The translations under genes and the position numbers were made by a program. DNA of 63,936 nucleotides, filler included, from Choristocarpus tenellus KU-1152 (lineage: Eukaryota > Protista > Phaeophyceae), in assembly GCA_964200185.2 (NCBI GenBank). It is 14 parts of 14 records of this genome, joined end to end, with 100 filler letters (N's around TTAATTAATTAA, not from the genome) between each part and the next. Parts side by side here need not be neighbours in the genome. Positions count along the whole stretch, not along the records: positions 61,346 to 63,936 come from CAXNAD020026483.1; 13 more parts are not named here. One strand, given 5' to 3'. The notes beneath the pieces are model-generated. The model was not told where the DNA came from, did no database searches, and was given only the letters and a program-made list of their open reading frames with translations. Below are positions 63,925 to 63,936 of the stretch, piece after piece. Each line of letters starts with the position of its first letter. The first letter of the stretch is position 1.

Positions 63925-63936
63925 AGGGGGAGAGGG

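Overview
Eukaryotic, intron-rich and transposon-rich DNA. It is plausibly from a stramenopile/ochrophyte such as the brown-algal lineage; this is an inference from TTAGGG repeats, long introns and gene style. The window is not one contiguous locus. It is 14 short contigs joined by 13 artificial 100-bp spacers (N44-TTAATTAATTAA-N44), so gene neighbourhood across spacers is meaningless. By splicing exons by hand I recover partial genes for a type I D-3-phosphoglycerate dehydrogenase (12 exons, one probable GC-AG intron), a JmjC/cupin oxygenase, a GTPBP1/2-family translational GTPase with an unusual P-loop, a Cys-type SelO, a short TM-type tRNase Z and an intron-containing protein with a PriCT-2-like domain. 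There is also one tRNA-Trp(CCA). The most coherent system is a Sola2-like DNA transposon family: a decayed multi-exon transposase gene (about 38.6-45.1 kb) and three MITE families. The MITEs share a GR(G/C)Y-AAAGTATC terminus and a subterminal AAAYGGAC motif. Seven complete copies have exact 4-bp target-site duplications, and one of these is a chimeric copy. A degenerate Ty3/Gypsy pol and several very decayed non-LTR fragments fill much of the rest. Most ORFs in the supplied track are spurious.
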